DNA of 64,000 bases from an uncultured Rickettsiales bacterium (GTDB taxonomy: Bacteria > Myxococcota_A > UBA796 > UBA9615 > CAYRNR01): assembly GCA_964504165.1 (NCBI GenBank), contig CAZDDH010000017.1, forward strand, positions 103 through 64,102, in the 5' to 3' direction. Shown in pieces: positions 36,301 through 45,838 of the stretch. How positions within the stretch are numbered: the first letter of the stretch is position 1; every line of letters begins with the position of its first letter. The notes beneath the pieces were generated by a model. The model had not been told where the DNA came from. It saw only the letters and a list, made by a program, of their open reading frames with translations, and made no database searches. The position numbers were made by a program, and so were the translations under genes.

Positions 36301-39238
36301 TGGGGTGTGGAAGGTGCGGGCGGTGGTCACCGACGGCCAGGGCCGCCCCGCGGTCAGCGAGCTGATCCTGTGGGTCGCCGGCGGTGGCCTACCGCCGGGA
36401 GCGATGTCCGCCAAGGACGACGTGCGGGTCATGCCGGACAAGGACAGCTACGAGCCCGGCGACACCGCCCACCTGCTGGTCACCTCGCCGGTCTACCCGG
36501 CCGAGGGGTTCTGGACCGTGCGCCAGGCCGACGGCGTGCACAGCGGCCGGCTGACCTTCGCCGGCCCCACCGCCTCCTTCGACGTCACCGTGGGGCGGGA
36601 GGACGTACCCAACCTGCCCGTGCAGGTCGTGCTGGTGGGGTCCGTGTTCGACGAGACCGGCGCCGATCCGGAGATCGCCTCGCGGCGGCCGGCCTGGGGC
36701 CGGGGCAGCGTCAGCCTGCGGGTCAATCCGGCGGACCGCATCCTGGCCGTGGAGGCCTCGCCGGAGGCCAGTGTGCTGGATCCTGGCAGCCCCACCGCCG
36801 TGGACGTCGCCGTGCGGGATCACGAAGGCAAGCCGGTGGCCGGCGCCGAGGTGGCGCTGATCGTCGTGGACGAGGCGGTGCTCTCCCTGGCCGGCTACCA
36901 GCTGGCCGATCCCATGGCCGCCTTCTATCGCTGGCGGCCGGGGATCGAGGTCGGCATCACCGACCTGCACGCCCACCTGCTGCCGCCGCCGGAGCAGGTG
37001 TTCGCCGAGCTGCAGCGTATGAAGGACATGGCCGACCCCCGGGCCTCCAAAGCCATGGGGGAGGAGTGCGAGGACGCGGCTGCGCCGGTGGAGGTGGGTG
37101 CCGCAGCTTCGGGCGATGCCATCGCCGTACGCTCCGACTTCCGGGCCCTGGCCGTGTTCACTCCGGCGGTGTCCACCGACGCCAGCGGCAAAGCCCGCGT
37201 CGAGTTCACCATGCCCGACAACCTCACCCGCTACCGGGTGATGGCCGTCGTCGCGGCGGACGCCCACCGCTTTGGCAGCGGCGAGTCCACCGTCACCGCC
37301 CGGCGCCAGCTGATGGTGCGCCCCTCGCCGCCGCGGTTCCTCAGCTACGGGGACGAGTTCAAGCTCCCCGTCGTTATCCAGAACCAGAGCGACCGCACCT
37401 TGGATATCCAGGTCGCCGCCCGGGCCAGTAATGCCGAGTTCCTGGACGGCATCGGCTGCAAGCTGACGCTGCCGCCCGGCGAGCGGGCCGAGGTCCTGGC
37501 GCCGGCACGGCCGCTGGGGGTGGGCACCGCCCGCTTCCAGGTCGTCGCCGTCGCCGGCGCCCTCAGCGACGCCGCCGAGGTCGCCGTCCCCGTGTGGATG
37601 CCCGTCACCACCGAGGCCTTCGCCACCTACGGCAGCACGGACGGCGAGATGATCGTCCAGCCGGTGGCGGCCCCGGACGGCGTCGTACCCAGCTGGGGCG
37701 GCCTGGAGGTCACCACCAGCTCCACCGCCATCCACGCCCTCACCGACGCTTACCTGTACCTGGCCCGCTACCCCTTCGACTGCTCCGAGCAGGTCGCCTC
37801 GCGCGTCTTGGCCGTGGCGGCGCTGCGGGACGTGCTGGATGCCTTCGACGCCGAGGGGCTGCCCCCGGCCGACGAGATCGAGGCCGCCGTGGCGGCGGAC
37901 ATCGCCATGCTACAGGCCCGCCAGCACCACAGCGGCGGCTTCAAGCTGTGGCCCGGCAGCCGGGACGTCCACCCCTACGCCTCCGTGCACGCCACCCACG
38001 CCCTCGAACGGGCCATCCAGGCCGGCTTCGACGTCCCCGCCGACATGCGTAAACGGGCGCTGCGGTATCTCGACACCCTCGATCGGCGTCTGCCCAACGA
38101 GTACGCCGGGCGCGCGGGCGTCGCCATCCAGGCCTACGCGCTGTACGTGAGGGCCCTGGCCGGTGACGAGATCAGCGGCGACGTGGAGGCCCTGCTCGCC
38201 GCCAACCCCCTCACCGACATGCCCCTGGAGGCGGCGGGCCACCTCACTTCGGCGCTGGCCCTCGGTGGCCATCAGGGCGAGACCCTGGATCGCCTGGTGA
38301 GGCACCTCAACAACCGGGCCGTCGAGTCGGCGGGCACCGCCGAGTTCCAGGACGACCTGGGGGACCAGCACTGGCGGATCTTCTGGGGCCAGCGGCGCAC
38401 CGACGCCGTCGTCCTCGAGGCGCTGCTGCGCGCCAACCCCGAGGGGGACCTGATCCCCAAGGTCGTGCGCGGGCTCCAGGGCCACCGCACCCGCGGCCGC
38501 TGGCGCACCACCCAGGAGAACGCCTTCGTACTGCTGGCCCTGCGCACCTACTTCGACGCCTACGAGGCCGTCGAACCCGACTTCGCCGCCCGGCTGTGGC
38601 TGGGCAACGACTACGCCGGCGAGCATGCGTTCGAGGGCCGTACCACCGAGCGCTTCCAGGTGGATGTCCCCATGGAGCACCTGGTCAAGGGCGGCGCGCA
38701 GGACCTGGTCCTGGACCACGACGGCGAGGGCCGGCTGTACTACCGCATCGGCCTGCGCTACGCCCCCGCCGACCTGTGGCTCGACGCCGCGGACTACGGC
38801 TTCGCGGTCACCCGCAGCTACGAGGCCGTGGACGACCCGGACGACGTCACCCGGGGCGAGGACGGCAGCTGGCACATCGTCGCCGGCGCCCGGGTGCGGG
38901 TCGTGCTGCAGCTGGAAACCGGCGAGCGGCGCTACCACGTCGCGCTGGTGGACAAGCTGCCCGCCGGGCTGGAGCCGCTGACCAGGGGGGTGGTGGGCAG
39001 CACCGCCGCCGCGCCCCGAGACGATCCCTGGTATCCCCACTGGATCGAGCACAGCAACCTGCGCGACGAGCGGGGGGAGGCCTTCACCTCCCTGCTGTAC
39101 GCCGGCGTCTACCGCTGGTCCTACGTCGTTCGGGCCACCACCCCGGGCAGCTTCACCGCCCCTCCACCCCGGGCCGAGGAGATGTACTTCCCCGAGACCT
39201 TTGGCCACGGCCCTTCGGAGCGGGTGATCGTCGAGTAA
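33326..39238 (+). CDS. Bacterial alpha-2-macroglobulin family protein (about 1970 aa) with an intact thioester motif
   Basis: RBS GAGGGAGG and a signal peptide. MG-domain-rich N-terminal part. Thioester 'CSEQ' at 37781-37792 (YPFDCSEQ). The C-terminal receptor-binding-like region is typical of the A2M/YfhM family. Confidence 0.85.
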   Translation: MRPRWGLIAAAMALAASLLWPTTPPRAADDEEAEAPATGLDGLNVRVGEADDAVQEPSFEADVQPLPAGKARKILKRLAPLATGEDPEPSPLRPGTKPPPRTGVTVQGAFPAAGDAAAPGAGEVKPLEVLRWSPEGDVTDVPQVQVTFSQPMVPVTGLAEIAAADAPVQLTPDAAGRWRWISATTLVFEPESPLAKGTHYQLVVPAGATSALGGTLERDHRFSFKTQPPRVTQIWPGGGDRSPRSPMIFLTFDQRIDPGQVAPLVEVSAAGHRWPVHLSEAGEPGIIGPPWDWAGGTAEGTWLALAVEQPLPLGARVTVRVGAGVMPRDGDVASRDDQNFEFLVHEALRIEDHRCQDYQCRPGTGFWVRFNNYLDDQAVDPATIQLSPAPPEMKVEVSGNTIYLRGKTRVGTYYVTVPPTVKDIFGQTLGRSQQFKFKVVEAGPVRAELSAPGGDMVILDLDWGPKIPVLTLNQPALKVELYDVEPADYPAWTRFRSDLYQWYEHDRREGPRPTPPGKRISSRRIPTGGGKDEALETRLDLAPALSDGRGHVVVLIEGEAPKDRPRWAAKWVQATGLNLTGFNTDEQALIWATSQRDGSTLPDLQVEMLDWSGGTLAATVTTDGDGRAAFPAADVSGQMVAVARTDWDSVLMPWSWHAPSARTPELRWYIIDDRQLYRPGETATLKGWVRRVEQGADGVVRFSVPEDLSVHYNARDPRGNDLASGDLALEGLGGFSLEIDLPPEVDLGRARVNFAVNDNEIHGRNTRHEFRIEEFRRPEFEVSATASEGPHQVGGRVTFSTNARYFSGGSMPGSDVGWAIWAREGGYVPPGRGDFSYGPREPWWGDHHHHWDYYWEPTRTHFAGKTDKDGNHAVQVELASIPSGRPMVLFGQATVHDINRQARAAAARVLVHPGDLYVGVRLEFGFVQPGQPLAVETLVTDHDGQIVPGADVTVTMEPVWVDDPSGPPQPVQPYTFKSTKELSSSVFTPEMGGVWKVRAVVTDGQGRPAVSELILWVAGGGLPPGAMSAKDDVRVMPDKDSYEPGDTAHLLVTSPVYPAEGFWTVRQADGVHSGRLTFAGPTASFDVTVGREDVPNLPVQVVLVGSVFDETGADPEIASRRPAWGRGSVSLRVNPADRILAVEASPEASVLDPGSPTAVDVAVRDHEGKPVAGAEVALIVVDEAVLSLAGYQLADPMAAFYRWRPGIEVGITDLHAHLLPPPEQVFAELQRMKDMADPRASKAMGEECEDAAAPVEVGAAASGDAIAVRSDFRALAVFTPAVSTDASGKARVEFTMPDNLTRYRVMAVVAADAHRFGSGESTVTARRQLMVRPSPPRFLSYGDEFKLPVVIQNQSDRTLDIQVAARASNAEFLDGIGCKLTLPPGERAEVLAPARPLGVGTARFQVVAVAGALSDAAEVAVPVWMPVTTEAFATYGSTDGEMIVQPVAAPDGVVPSWGGLEVTTSSTAIHALTDAYLYLARYPFDCSEQVASRVLAVAALRDVLDAFDAEGLPPADEIEAAVAADIAMLQARQHHSGGFKLWPGSRDVHPYASVHATHALERAIQAGFDVPADMRKRALRYLDTLDRRLPNEYAGRAGVAIQAYALYVRALAGDEISGDVEALLAANPLTDMPLEAAGHLTSALALGGHQGETLDRLVRHLNNRAVESAGTAEFQDDLGDQHWRIFWGQRRTDAVVLEALLRANPEGDLIPKVVRGLQGHRTRGRWRTTQENAFVLLALRTYFDAYEAVEPDFAARLWLGNDYAGEHAFEGRTTERFQVDVPMEHLVKGGAQDLVLDHDGEGRLYYRIGLRYAPADLWLDAADYGFAVTRSYEAVDDPDDVTRGEDGSWHIVAGARVRVVLQLETGERRYHVALVDKLPAGLEPLTRGVVGSTAAAPRDDPWYPHWIEHSNLRDERGEAFTSLLYAGVYRWSYVVRATTPGSFTAPPPRAEEMYFPETFGHGPSERVIVE

Positions 39239-39265
39239 GATGGATCCCTCGGGAGAGGGGGCCGT

Positions 39266-41716
39266 ATGTTGGATTGTCGAACACTCCGCCTGTCCATGGC
39301 GCTCTTGTTGGCCATCGCGGTGATCCCCGCCGGATGCAAGAAAGAGGCCCCCGACGACATCGTGGAGGGCTGGGGCGAGCCCCGGCTGTGGCCCGGCGAT
39401 GACCTGCGGCCGGATCTCGATCACCCCTTCTTCGACGACCACCTGGCCCTGGCCGATCTCTCCCTGTACGCCACCTACGTCGAGGGCGGCCCGGACGAGC
39501 GACCCGGCCACCAGCACCGCGGCGCCTTTGCGGTCGGCAACGGCAAGGTCTTCTCCCTGCTGGGCACCGCCGATCCGGTCAACACGCTGCACTCCCTGGT
39601 GGGCCCCGTGTACGAGCGGGACGGGTACTTCTTCGGAGACACGGCCGTGTCCCTCGAGGTGGACAGCGACCCCGAAGGGTTCGATCGGGAGTGGATCGCC
39701 CGGGTGCGTGGTTCGGCCGTCGTCGTCACCCGCGGCGACGGTGGCGGCGTGTCGCTGTACACCGTGGATTTCGGCCCCCACCCGGCCGGCGTGGACGACC
39801 TGGACGTGCCCCCGGCCCTGGTGCGGGTGATGCTGGTCACCAACGACGACGGCTACGCCCACGACGTGGACCTGCTGCTGGACAGCTACCGCACCCTGGA
39901 CGAGGCCGACGGGCTCGTGCACGAGGCGCTGGAGTCGGACGGGCGTTATCTGGGCTACCTGCCGTGGGGGGGCTCCCTGACCGAGGACGGGGGCGCCTAC
40001 CGCATCGAGCTCGGTGAGGTCGCTTCTGGGGACACGGCCATGGCCGTACTCGTGCTGGCCGCCGGCTACTCCCTAGACGAGGTGCGGGCCGTGGAGGACC
40101 AGCTGGCCGCCGCCAGCGTCGACGACTGGCTGGACGACACCCTCGACTGGTGGCAGGCCTACAGCAGCCAGGGGGTCCAGATCACATCGCACGACCCCCG
40201 CATCGCCGATCTGCACGACGGCATGCGCGCCGGCATCCGCGTCCAGCAGTCCGCCGCCGGCGCCGTCTGCCCCATGTCCCAGTACACCCTCATGTGGCTG
40301 CGGGACACCATCGGGCCCATCAAGTTCTACCTGCGCTCCGGGCTGCACGACGAGGCGCGCAGCGCCCTGGACTATCTCCATCTGTGCGCGGTCCTGGAAG
40401 GGGACTTCTCCAACGCCTGCGCCAGCGGACTGACTCCCCCGGAGGACTACGAGCATCCGGACTGGGACTCCCTGGGTGAGTTCTCTGGCCGCCTGGCTGC
40501 CGAGGGCCCCTCTTACGTGCCGCTGATGTACCGCGACTACCTGGCTTTCACCGGCGACGAGTGGACCGTCGATCAGCGCTGGCCTTACCTGCGCCGCGCC
40601 CTCACGGCCCAGCAGATGGAGCCCGACGGCCTGCAGACCTTCTCCGGCGACGAGACCTACCGCGTCGCCATGAGCGCCGCCCTGGGCCACGACCTGATGC
40701 TCATGTACGAGGAGGACACCTGGTCCGCCAACTCGTCGTTCCTCATGCAGGCCGCGGCGGGCTGGATGGCCGAGGCCGCCGGCGAGCTGGGCCACGACGA
40801 AGACGTCGCCACCTTCGAAGACATGGCCGCGTTGGCCGAGTCCGCCCTGGAGACCCACTACCTGCAGCCGGACGGCTACTACGCCCCGTTCCTCTTCCGC
40901 GACGGCCTGGTCCCCGAGCCCCGCCCCTTCGAGGACGTCAGTCTCAAGCCCCTGTGGACCGGCGCCCAGGCCGCCACCGACCCCGTCGCCCTGTCCAACC
41001 TCCAGGCCCTCCAGCAGCACGCCGGCCGCGGCAACGGCATGGTCCAGACCCCCCTCGACCCCGAGTACCACGACGCCCTGGGCTACCACGTCGAGGAGGG
41101 CATCCACACCGGCATGGTCCCCGGCTACTACCTCACCTCCGTCACCCTCCTGGGCGACCCCGACGCCCAGCCCGCCTTCAACGCCCTGCACACCTACGCC
41201 GACTCCGCCGGCCAGTACGGCGAGTACATGGTCTACGACGACCACTCCGCCTTCCAGCCCATCTACGACCCCGCCGGCGGCATCGGCGACTACACCGCCC
41301 GCCATCGCCCCTGGGAAGGCGGCATCAACATCGACGCCATGCTGCGCTACCTCGCCGGCCCCATCGTCCCCGACGCCGGCCAGGACGCCGACATGGTCCT
41401 GCGGCCGCATATCCCCAACGACCTGCGTTCCTTGACGCTGTCCGGACTGCGGGCCGGGGATGCGGTGGGGACCCTGGAGCTGATCCAGGCCGAGGACTCC
41501 ATCTCCGCCACCTTTACCTCCGAGGCGTACGAGCCGTTCACGCTGTTGCTGGAGATCCCCTTGCCGGTGGGCGCCACCTCCGAGGCGCCCGATGGCCTCC
41601 AGGAGGACGGCAGCGGTTTTTCCACCTTGCCGGGTGGGGAGCGCATCGTGCACTGGGGCCCCGTGGAGATCGGCCCCCAGGGCTCCAAGTGGTTCGTCAT
41701 CGAGGTGGCGCGGTAG
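39266..41716 (+). CDS. Lipoprotein, possibly a six-hairpin (alpha/alpha)6 glycosidase-like protein (GH15/GH63-like)
   Basis: Signal peptide with AGC lipobox. 'LMWLRDT' and an overall alpha-helical repeat organisation suggest a glucoamylase-like fold. It is tightly linked to the A2M gene, 27 nt downstream. Confidence 0.45.
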   Translation: MLDCRTLRLSMALLLAIAVIPAGCKKEAPDDIVEGWGEPRLWPGDDLRPDLDHPFFDDHLALADLSLYATYVEGGPDERPGHQHRGAFAVGNGKVFSLLGTADPVNTLHSLVGPVYERDGYFFGDTAVSLEVDSDPEGFDREWIARVRGSAVVVTRGDGGGVSLYTVDFGPHPAGVDDLDVPPALVRVMLVTNDDGYAHDVDLLLDSYRTLDEADGLVHEALESDGRYLGYLPWGGSLTEDGGAYRIELGEVASGDTAMAVLVLAAGYSLDEVRAVEDQLAAASVDDWLDDTLDWWQAYSSQGVQITSHDPRIADLHDGMRAGIRVQQSAAGAVCPMSQYTLMWLRDTIGPIKFYLRSGLHDEARSALDYLHLCAVLEGDFSNACASGLTPPEDYEHPDWDSLGEFSGRLAAEGPSYVPLMYRDYLAFTGDEWTVDQRWPYLRRALTAQQMEPDGLQTFSGDETYRVAMSAALGHDLMLMYEEDTWSANSSFLMQAAAGWMAEAAGELGHDEDVATFEDMAALAESALETHYLQPDGYYAPFLFRDGLVPEPRPFEDVSLKPLWTGAQAATDPVALSNLQALQQHAGRGNGMVQTPLDPEYHDALGYHVEEGIHTGMVPGYYLTSVTLLGDPDAQPAFNALHTYADSAGQYGEYMVYDDHSAFQPIYDPAGGIGDYTARHRPWEGGINIDAMLRYLAGPIVPDAGQDADMVLRPHIPNDLRSLTLSGLRAGDAVGTLELIQAEDSISATFTSEAYEPFTLLLEIPLPVGATSEAPDGLQEDGSGFSTLPGGERIVHWGPVEIGPQGSKWFVIEVAR

Positions 41717-41774
41717 GGCACGACCCCTTCACGGTGCACCCCGGCCCAGACACCGAGGAACTGGCCCTCCACAC

Positions 41775-41960
41775 ACGTGAACCCACGCCCCGAACGAACC
41801 GAACTCCCCGGGTGACGCGCCACCCCCCGAGCTGGGTTCACCACACGAACCCAACTCCCGAGGTGAGGCCTCACCCTCGCAGAACGGTTCACCACACGAA
41901 CCCAACTCCCAGGGTGAGGCGCCACCCTCGGAGTACGGTTCAGGGCGCCACCCTCCCCGG
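41775..41960. repeat. About 3.5 tandem copies of a ~51-nt repeat (GGTTCACCACACGAACCCAACTCCC[GA]GGTGAGGC[CG]CCACCCTCG...) between the lipoprotein gene and tRNA-Arg
   Basis: Units 2 and 3 (41834-41885, 41886-41936) are near-identical. Unit 1 is diverged and unit 4 is partial. Each unit contains a GC-rich hairpin. Confidence 0.8.
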
Positions 41961-42114
41961 GCCCCACCGTCCGAGCCAAAACGCCTCGGCGGCCACCGCG
42001 CCCGTGGTCCAGGCTGAGCTTGCGCAATTGCCGTACCGACCCACCTCATCCCCCCAAACCGAATGACATTCCCCCCTGGACATCACCGCCGCTTCGAGTA
42101 CGATCGCCCCGAGT

Positions 42115-42191
42115 ACGCCCGTGGCTCAGCTGGATAGAGCAACGGACTTCGGATCCGTAGGTCGCAGGTTCGAATCCTGTCGGGCGTGCCA
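42115..42191 (+). tRNA. tRNA-Arg: tRNA-Arg (anticodon TCG)
   Basis: Hand-folded cloverleaf: acceptor ACGCCCG/CGGGCGT, D-arm GCTC-AGCTGGATA-GAGC, anticodon arm ACGGA-CTTCGGA-TCCGT (TCG at positions 34-36), T-arm GCAGG-TTCGAAT-CCTGT, discriminator G and an encoded CCA. Confidence 0.85.
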
Positions 42192-42395
42192 CCTTCCAGA
42201 AATCGAAAAAATCCACAAATAACCGCCACTTGGCGATCTGGTTCCTCCTTCCGTTGAACCCCCATATGATCCCCGTTTTTGCGATCCGGGGGAGTTCTGG
42301 GGGAGTTCTCATCGACTACTGAACAACTGAACAGTCTTCGGTGCGGGTTGGGAACTACCTGGCCTGAGGGTGGGGAGTTGGGTCGTAGAGACCCC

Positions 42396-43485
42396 TCAGC
42401 GGCCCCGCTTCTGCGTCATCGGGATCACGTCCGCTGCCTGTCGCTTGCCACCGATGCTCAGCTTGGCGATTGCCTGTCGCATGTGGTCGCGGTTGACGTG
42501 GACGTACTTCATCGTCGTCTTGATGTCGGCGTGACCCATCAACTTCTGGAGCGTCGGGATGTCCATTCCAGCCATCACGGCGTGACTCCCGAAGGTGTGC
42601 CTCAGCGTATGGATGCAGGCCCCTTCGATGCCCGCCGCCGCGTAGGTATCCTTGAGGTCCCGATAGAAGTTGTTCACCAGGGGTGTCCCTTCCTCGGTCA
42701 CGAACACTTGCAGCGGTAGTTTGCCGAACCTGGCCTTCATCGCCAGCCGATGGTGCCGCAACGTTTCGACGGCCAGATCATTGAGATCTACGATCCGTTC
42801 CCGGTGGCTCTTGGTGTGCTTTTTGCCCTTGTGTCGGACGCTCAGGATCTCATGCTTGAGATCCAGATCCCGCCACTCCAGCCGTTCCATCTCGCTCTTA
42901 CGGATGCCCGTGTTCAGCATGATGACCACGACCGCGTAGAGCCGGTCGGGGACGGCGTCCATCAGGGCGCCAATCTCCTCACTAGTCAGCCACCGCATCT
43001 CCTTGACGTTCTCAGTCAACCGCTTGAGTCCAACCAGCGGGTTGTGCGGGATGATCTCCCACTCCACGGCCTTGGTCAGCATGTGGCTGATGACGCCGAT
43101 ATCGAGGTTGACCGTCCTGGGCTCCACGGTTCGCAACCGTTTTGTCCTGAACCTATCGGCCATCCGACGGTTGATACCCACAAGCGGGCAATTGCCCACA
43201 TGTGCCACCCATGTTTGAACACTCAGTTTGTCCCGCTTCAGAGTGGCAGGTTCCTTGTGGGCTTCGGCCCAGGGCAGGTACTCATCATCTGCGTAACGAC
43301 GGACGGTGATCCGGCGATCATAGTCAGGGTGCTCGACACCAAGATGGTGATCCTTGATGGCTTCAGCCAGAGCACGTTGGGCCTCCGGTTTGGTTCGTCC
43401 GCCACGACGCCTTTTGCGTTTCCCATCCACCATGATCAGGTAGTACCAAAACTTCCTGTCCTTTCTGTAAAAGACCGTTGCCATT
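42396..43485 (-). CDS. Tyrosine-type site-specific integrase (phage integrase family)
   Basis: ATG at 43485 with RBS GGAGGTG. The C-terminal catalytic region 'HTLRHTFGSHAVMAGMDI...LMGHADIKTTMKYVHV' carries the R..H..R..Y signature. It lies immediately 3' of tRNA-Arg. Confidence 0.9.
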
Positions 43486-43569
43486 ACGGCACCTCCAGCC
43501 GTCGTCGCCGTACTGGAAGGTGGCTGCAGCCTAACAGCAGCTCGTGGAAGCAGACCAGCTTCACCCCCC

Positions 43570-43797
43570 TCATCGCAGGCGTCCTCCGACGAGTCGGATC
43601 CGCTGGACCGCTCCCTCATTCTCGATCCACTCCTCGATCTCGTCGCTCGGGAACAGGAGCCGCCTGCGCAAGCGGCGAACAGGGATCTCCCCCTGGGCCG
43701 CGAGCTTGTAGATGGTGGCCTTGGAGAGTCTGGTCAGATCGACCACCTCGTCCGTGGTGATGTACTTCCGTTTTTTGCCGTGGTTCTTGTTGGGCAT
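43570..43797 (-). CDS. Excisionase / AlpA-like HTH DNA-binding protein
   Basis: 75-aa protein 'YITTDEVVDLTRLSKATIYKLAAQGEIPVRRL', typical of Xis/AlpA-family HTH proteins. It is adjacent to the integrase. Confidence 0.7.
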   Translation of the reverse strand: MPNKNHGKKRKYITTDEVVDLTRLSKATIYKLAAQGEIPVRRLRRRLLFPSDEIEEWIENEGAVQRIRLVGGRLR

Positions 43798-44230
43798 AGG
43801 CCCGATCTCCCAAGGCCTGCCGTGCTCATCCGGGGATGAGCGGCAGCAGGCCATCAGGGAGAGGCGGACCCGAACCGAACGATTGGCGGTCCCCGTGCCC
43901 CCCGCAGGGCACATGTTGGGGTGCCTTACCTCCGAAGAGGCTGTCGGCCCGTTTCGGGATCATCTCCGTAAACGTCGTCGGCTCCATGCCCAGCAACATG
44001 CTGGAGAGGAACCCCCGATAGTTCTAAGAAACGCAGGAATGGCGGAGGGCGAACCCCCCTCCGAGCAGAAAGTTGATCGAGAATTGGGCCCTTAACCAGC
44101 CGTCACCCGCCGTCGCCTCTCGCTGTGGCAGATGAGCGACCGTGCCGCCGTCACCGGCCCCGCAGGCGGGTGGCGATGTTCAGGTTGATGGTGGTGTGGG
44201 GTGAAGGCGTGGCGAGTGAACCGGCGCGAC

Positions 44231-45439
44231 CTACTTGCGCCGTCTGCGAGAAACGACGATCCCGATCAAACAGAACAACAACAGCACCTTCGCGGGCTGT
44301 GGGGGACTGATGGCAGTGGAGGAGCACTTACAGCCCTGACAGTCGGGCGAGCCTTCGCAGTCGCTGTCGTCGCAGTCGAACAGGCCGTCCATGTCGTTGT
44401 CCGCCCCGTCGGTGCACTCACCGGGTTCGTCGCCCTCAAAGGCATCATCGTCGTCCTGCGAGTCGTCGTCGTCCCCGGTGTCGTCATCGTCCGTCGAGTC
44501 GTCGTCGTCCGCCGAGTCATCGTCGCCCGCCGAGTCATCGTCATCATCGTCGTCATCACCAGTGCAGTCGGAGTCCTGGATGTCGATGTCGCCGTCGCAG
44601 TCGTTGTCGATGCCATCTCCGCAATCTTCAGCAACTCCGGGATTTACCGCTGCATCGTAGTCGTCGCAGTCGCCGCCGTCGGTGCTGTAGTCGTCGCAGT
44701 CCAGGTCCAACGCCCTGGCAGCGTAGAGCATTGCGTTAGCTAGCAGCCGGGCGCCGTCCGTGTCCGTATCCCAACATGTGGAGTGGTAGTCCTCGGACGC
44801 GGCGACCATGTTCAAAGCTACGACCCTGCCGGGCGCGGGCTGGTGGGTGGCAACCAGTAGTTCGCCGTTGTCCCAGGAGGCCACCTGGGCAGCACCAGGA
44901 ACGACGGTTGGGCAGCATGAGTGCGAGCTGTTCTCACCACCGTTGAACGTGATGACCCCATCGAGGATCGGGTGGTTGGGGACGTCCGGGACGAGCCACA
45001 TGAAGGAGCCCATGCTGCCGCTGTAGGCAGGTGTCACCGGGAAGTAGCCATCGTCACGGAATCTACCCTCGATGGCCACATTGTTGCCCGTGTCGTAGAA
45101 CATTTCTCCGGCCAGCACCACGCCACCGCCACCATCGATGTAGTCCGCAAGGTCGTCCCCAAGGTCCTCGTGCTCGAAGTATCCAGAGCTGCCTGAAATC
45201 ATCACGGCGTCGTAGGACTGCATCTCCGCGAGCGTCGGAGTGTAGTAATGGATGGTGTGCGCGTAGACCGTGGTGAATAGCCCCGTGCTCATCAGCTTGG
45301 ACTGGATGTCGTACCACGCTGCGTCTGGCGAACCGTAGATGGCCACGTCTGTACCGGCAGCTGGTTGTGGTCCCAGCAGGACCGATATCGCCACCAATCC
45401 AACGAGCCCCGATCTTCTGATTCCAGATCTTGTCCCCAT
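44231..45439 (-). CDS. Secreted ThuA-like/GATase1-like domain protein with one MopE-like repeat, a long poly-Asp stretch and a MYXO-CTERM-like tail
   Basis: Signal peptide. 'YDAVMISGSSGYF...YIDGGGGVVLAGE' is ThuA-like. 'DCDDYDAAVNPGVAEDCGDGIDNDCDG' is a MopE repeat. The tail 'QGCKCSST...LLLFCLIGIVVSRRRRK' is MYXO-CTERM-like. Confidence 0.6.
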   Translation of the reverse strand: MGTRSGIRRSGLVGLVAISVLLGPQPAAGTDVAIYGSPDAAWYDIQSKLMSTGLFTTVYAHTIHYYTPTLAEMQSYDAVMISGSSGYFEHEDLGDDLADYIDGGGGVVLAGEMFYDTGNNVAIEGRFRDDGYFPVTPAYSGSMGSFMWLVPDVPNHPILDGVITFNGGENSSHSCCPTVVPGAAQVASWDNGELLVATHQPAPGRVVALNMVAASEDYHSTCWDTDTDGARLLANAMLYAARALDLDCDDYSTDGGDCDDYDAAVNPGVAEDCGDGIDNDCDGDIDIQDSDCTGDDDDDDDDSAGDDDSADDDDSTDDDDTGDDDDSQDDDDAFEGDEPGECTDGADNDMDGLFDCDDSDCEGSPDCQGCKCSSTAISPPQPAKVLLLFCLIGIVVSRRRRK

Positions 45440-45838
45440 AGATTCCTCCCCTTCAGCATCAGTACATCACGCGGCCAACGACGTGTCGAGAACTCGGTCG
45501 AGGCGATCGGGGGCACGTATTTGAAGGTGACGGATTTCATCGTCAGGAACACCGACCGGCCCCGCAGGAGGGTGGCGGGAGCAGGGCGTTGGGCGAGGGA
45601 CACGGGTGGGTGGATGTCGTCACGATGTAAGGGGATGGAGGCATGTCTGTGTGACAACTAGCTGTAGGTGCAGACCACAAGTAAGCTCAACTAGATCTGG
45701 AGAAAGCCGTGACCACTGACAGCGAAGCAGCCGACAGGCATTTTCTTGCCCTCTGGCGCCGGGCTCTCAACGAGCCGTCACTCGATACCCTCACGCCACC
45801 CCTGATCTCGTCCTGGGCCACAGACCGGGGGCTCACCG

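Noticed and set aside
33599-39922. Several very long minus-strand ORFs (850, 448 and 670 aa) inside the alpha-2-macroglobulin gene
   Set aside because: They are antisense to a gene with clear A2M homology and a thioester motif. They have low-complexity Gly/Arg/Ala/Val composition and no start context.
41775-41960. Possible CRISPR array (also considered for the repeats at 30962-31048 and 13278-13316)
   Set aside because: Units are directly contiguous with no unique spacers, unit sizes (10, 18 and 51 nt) are atypical, and no cas genes were seen.
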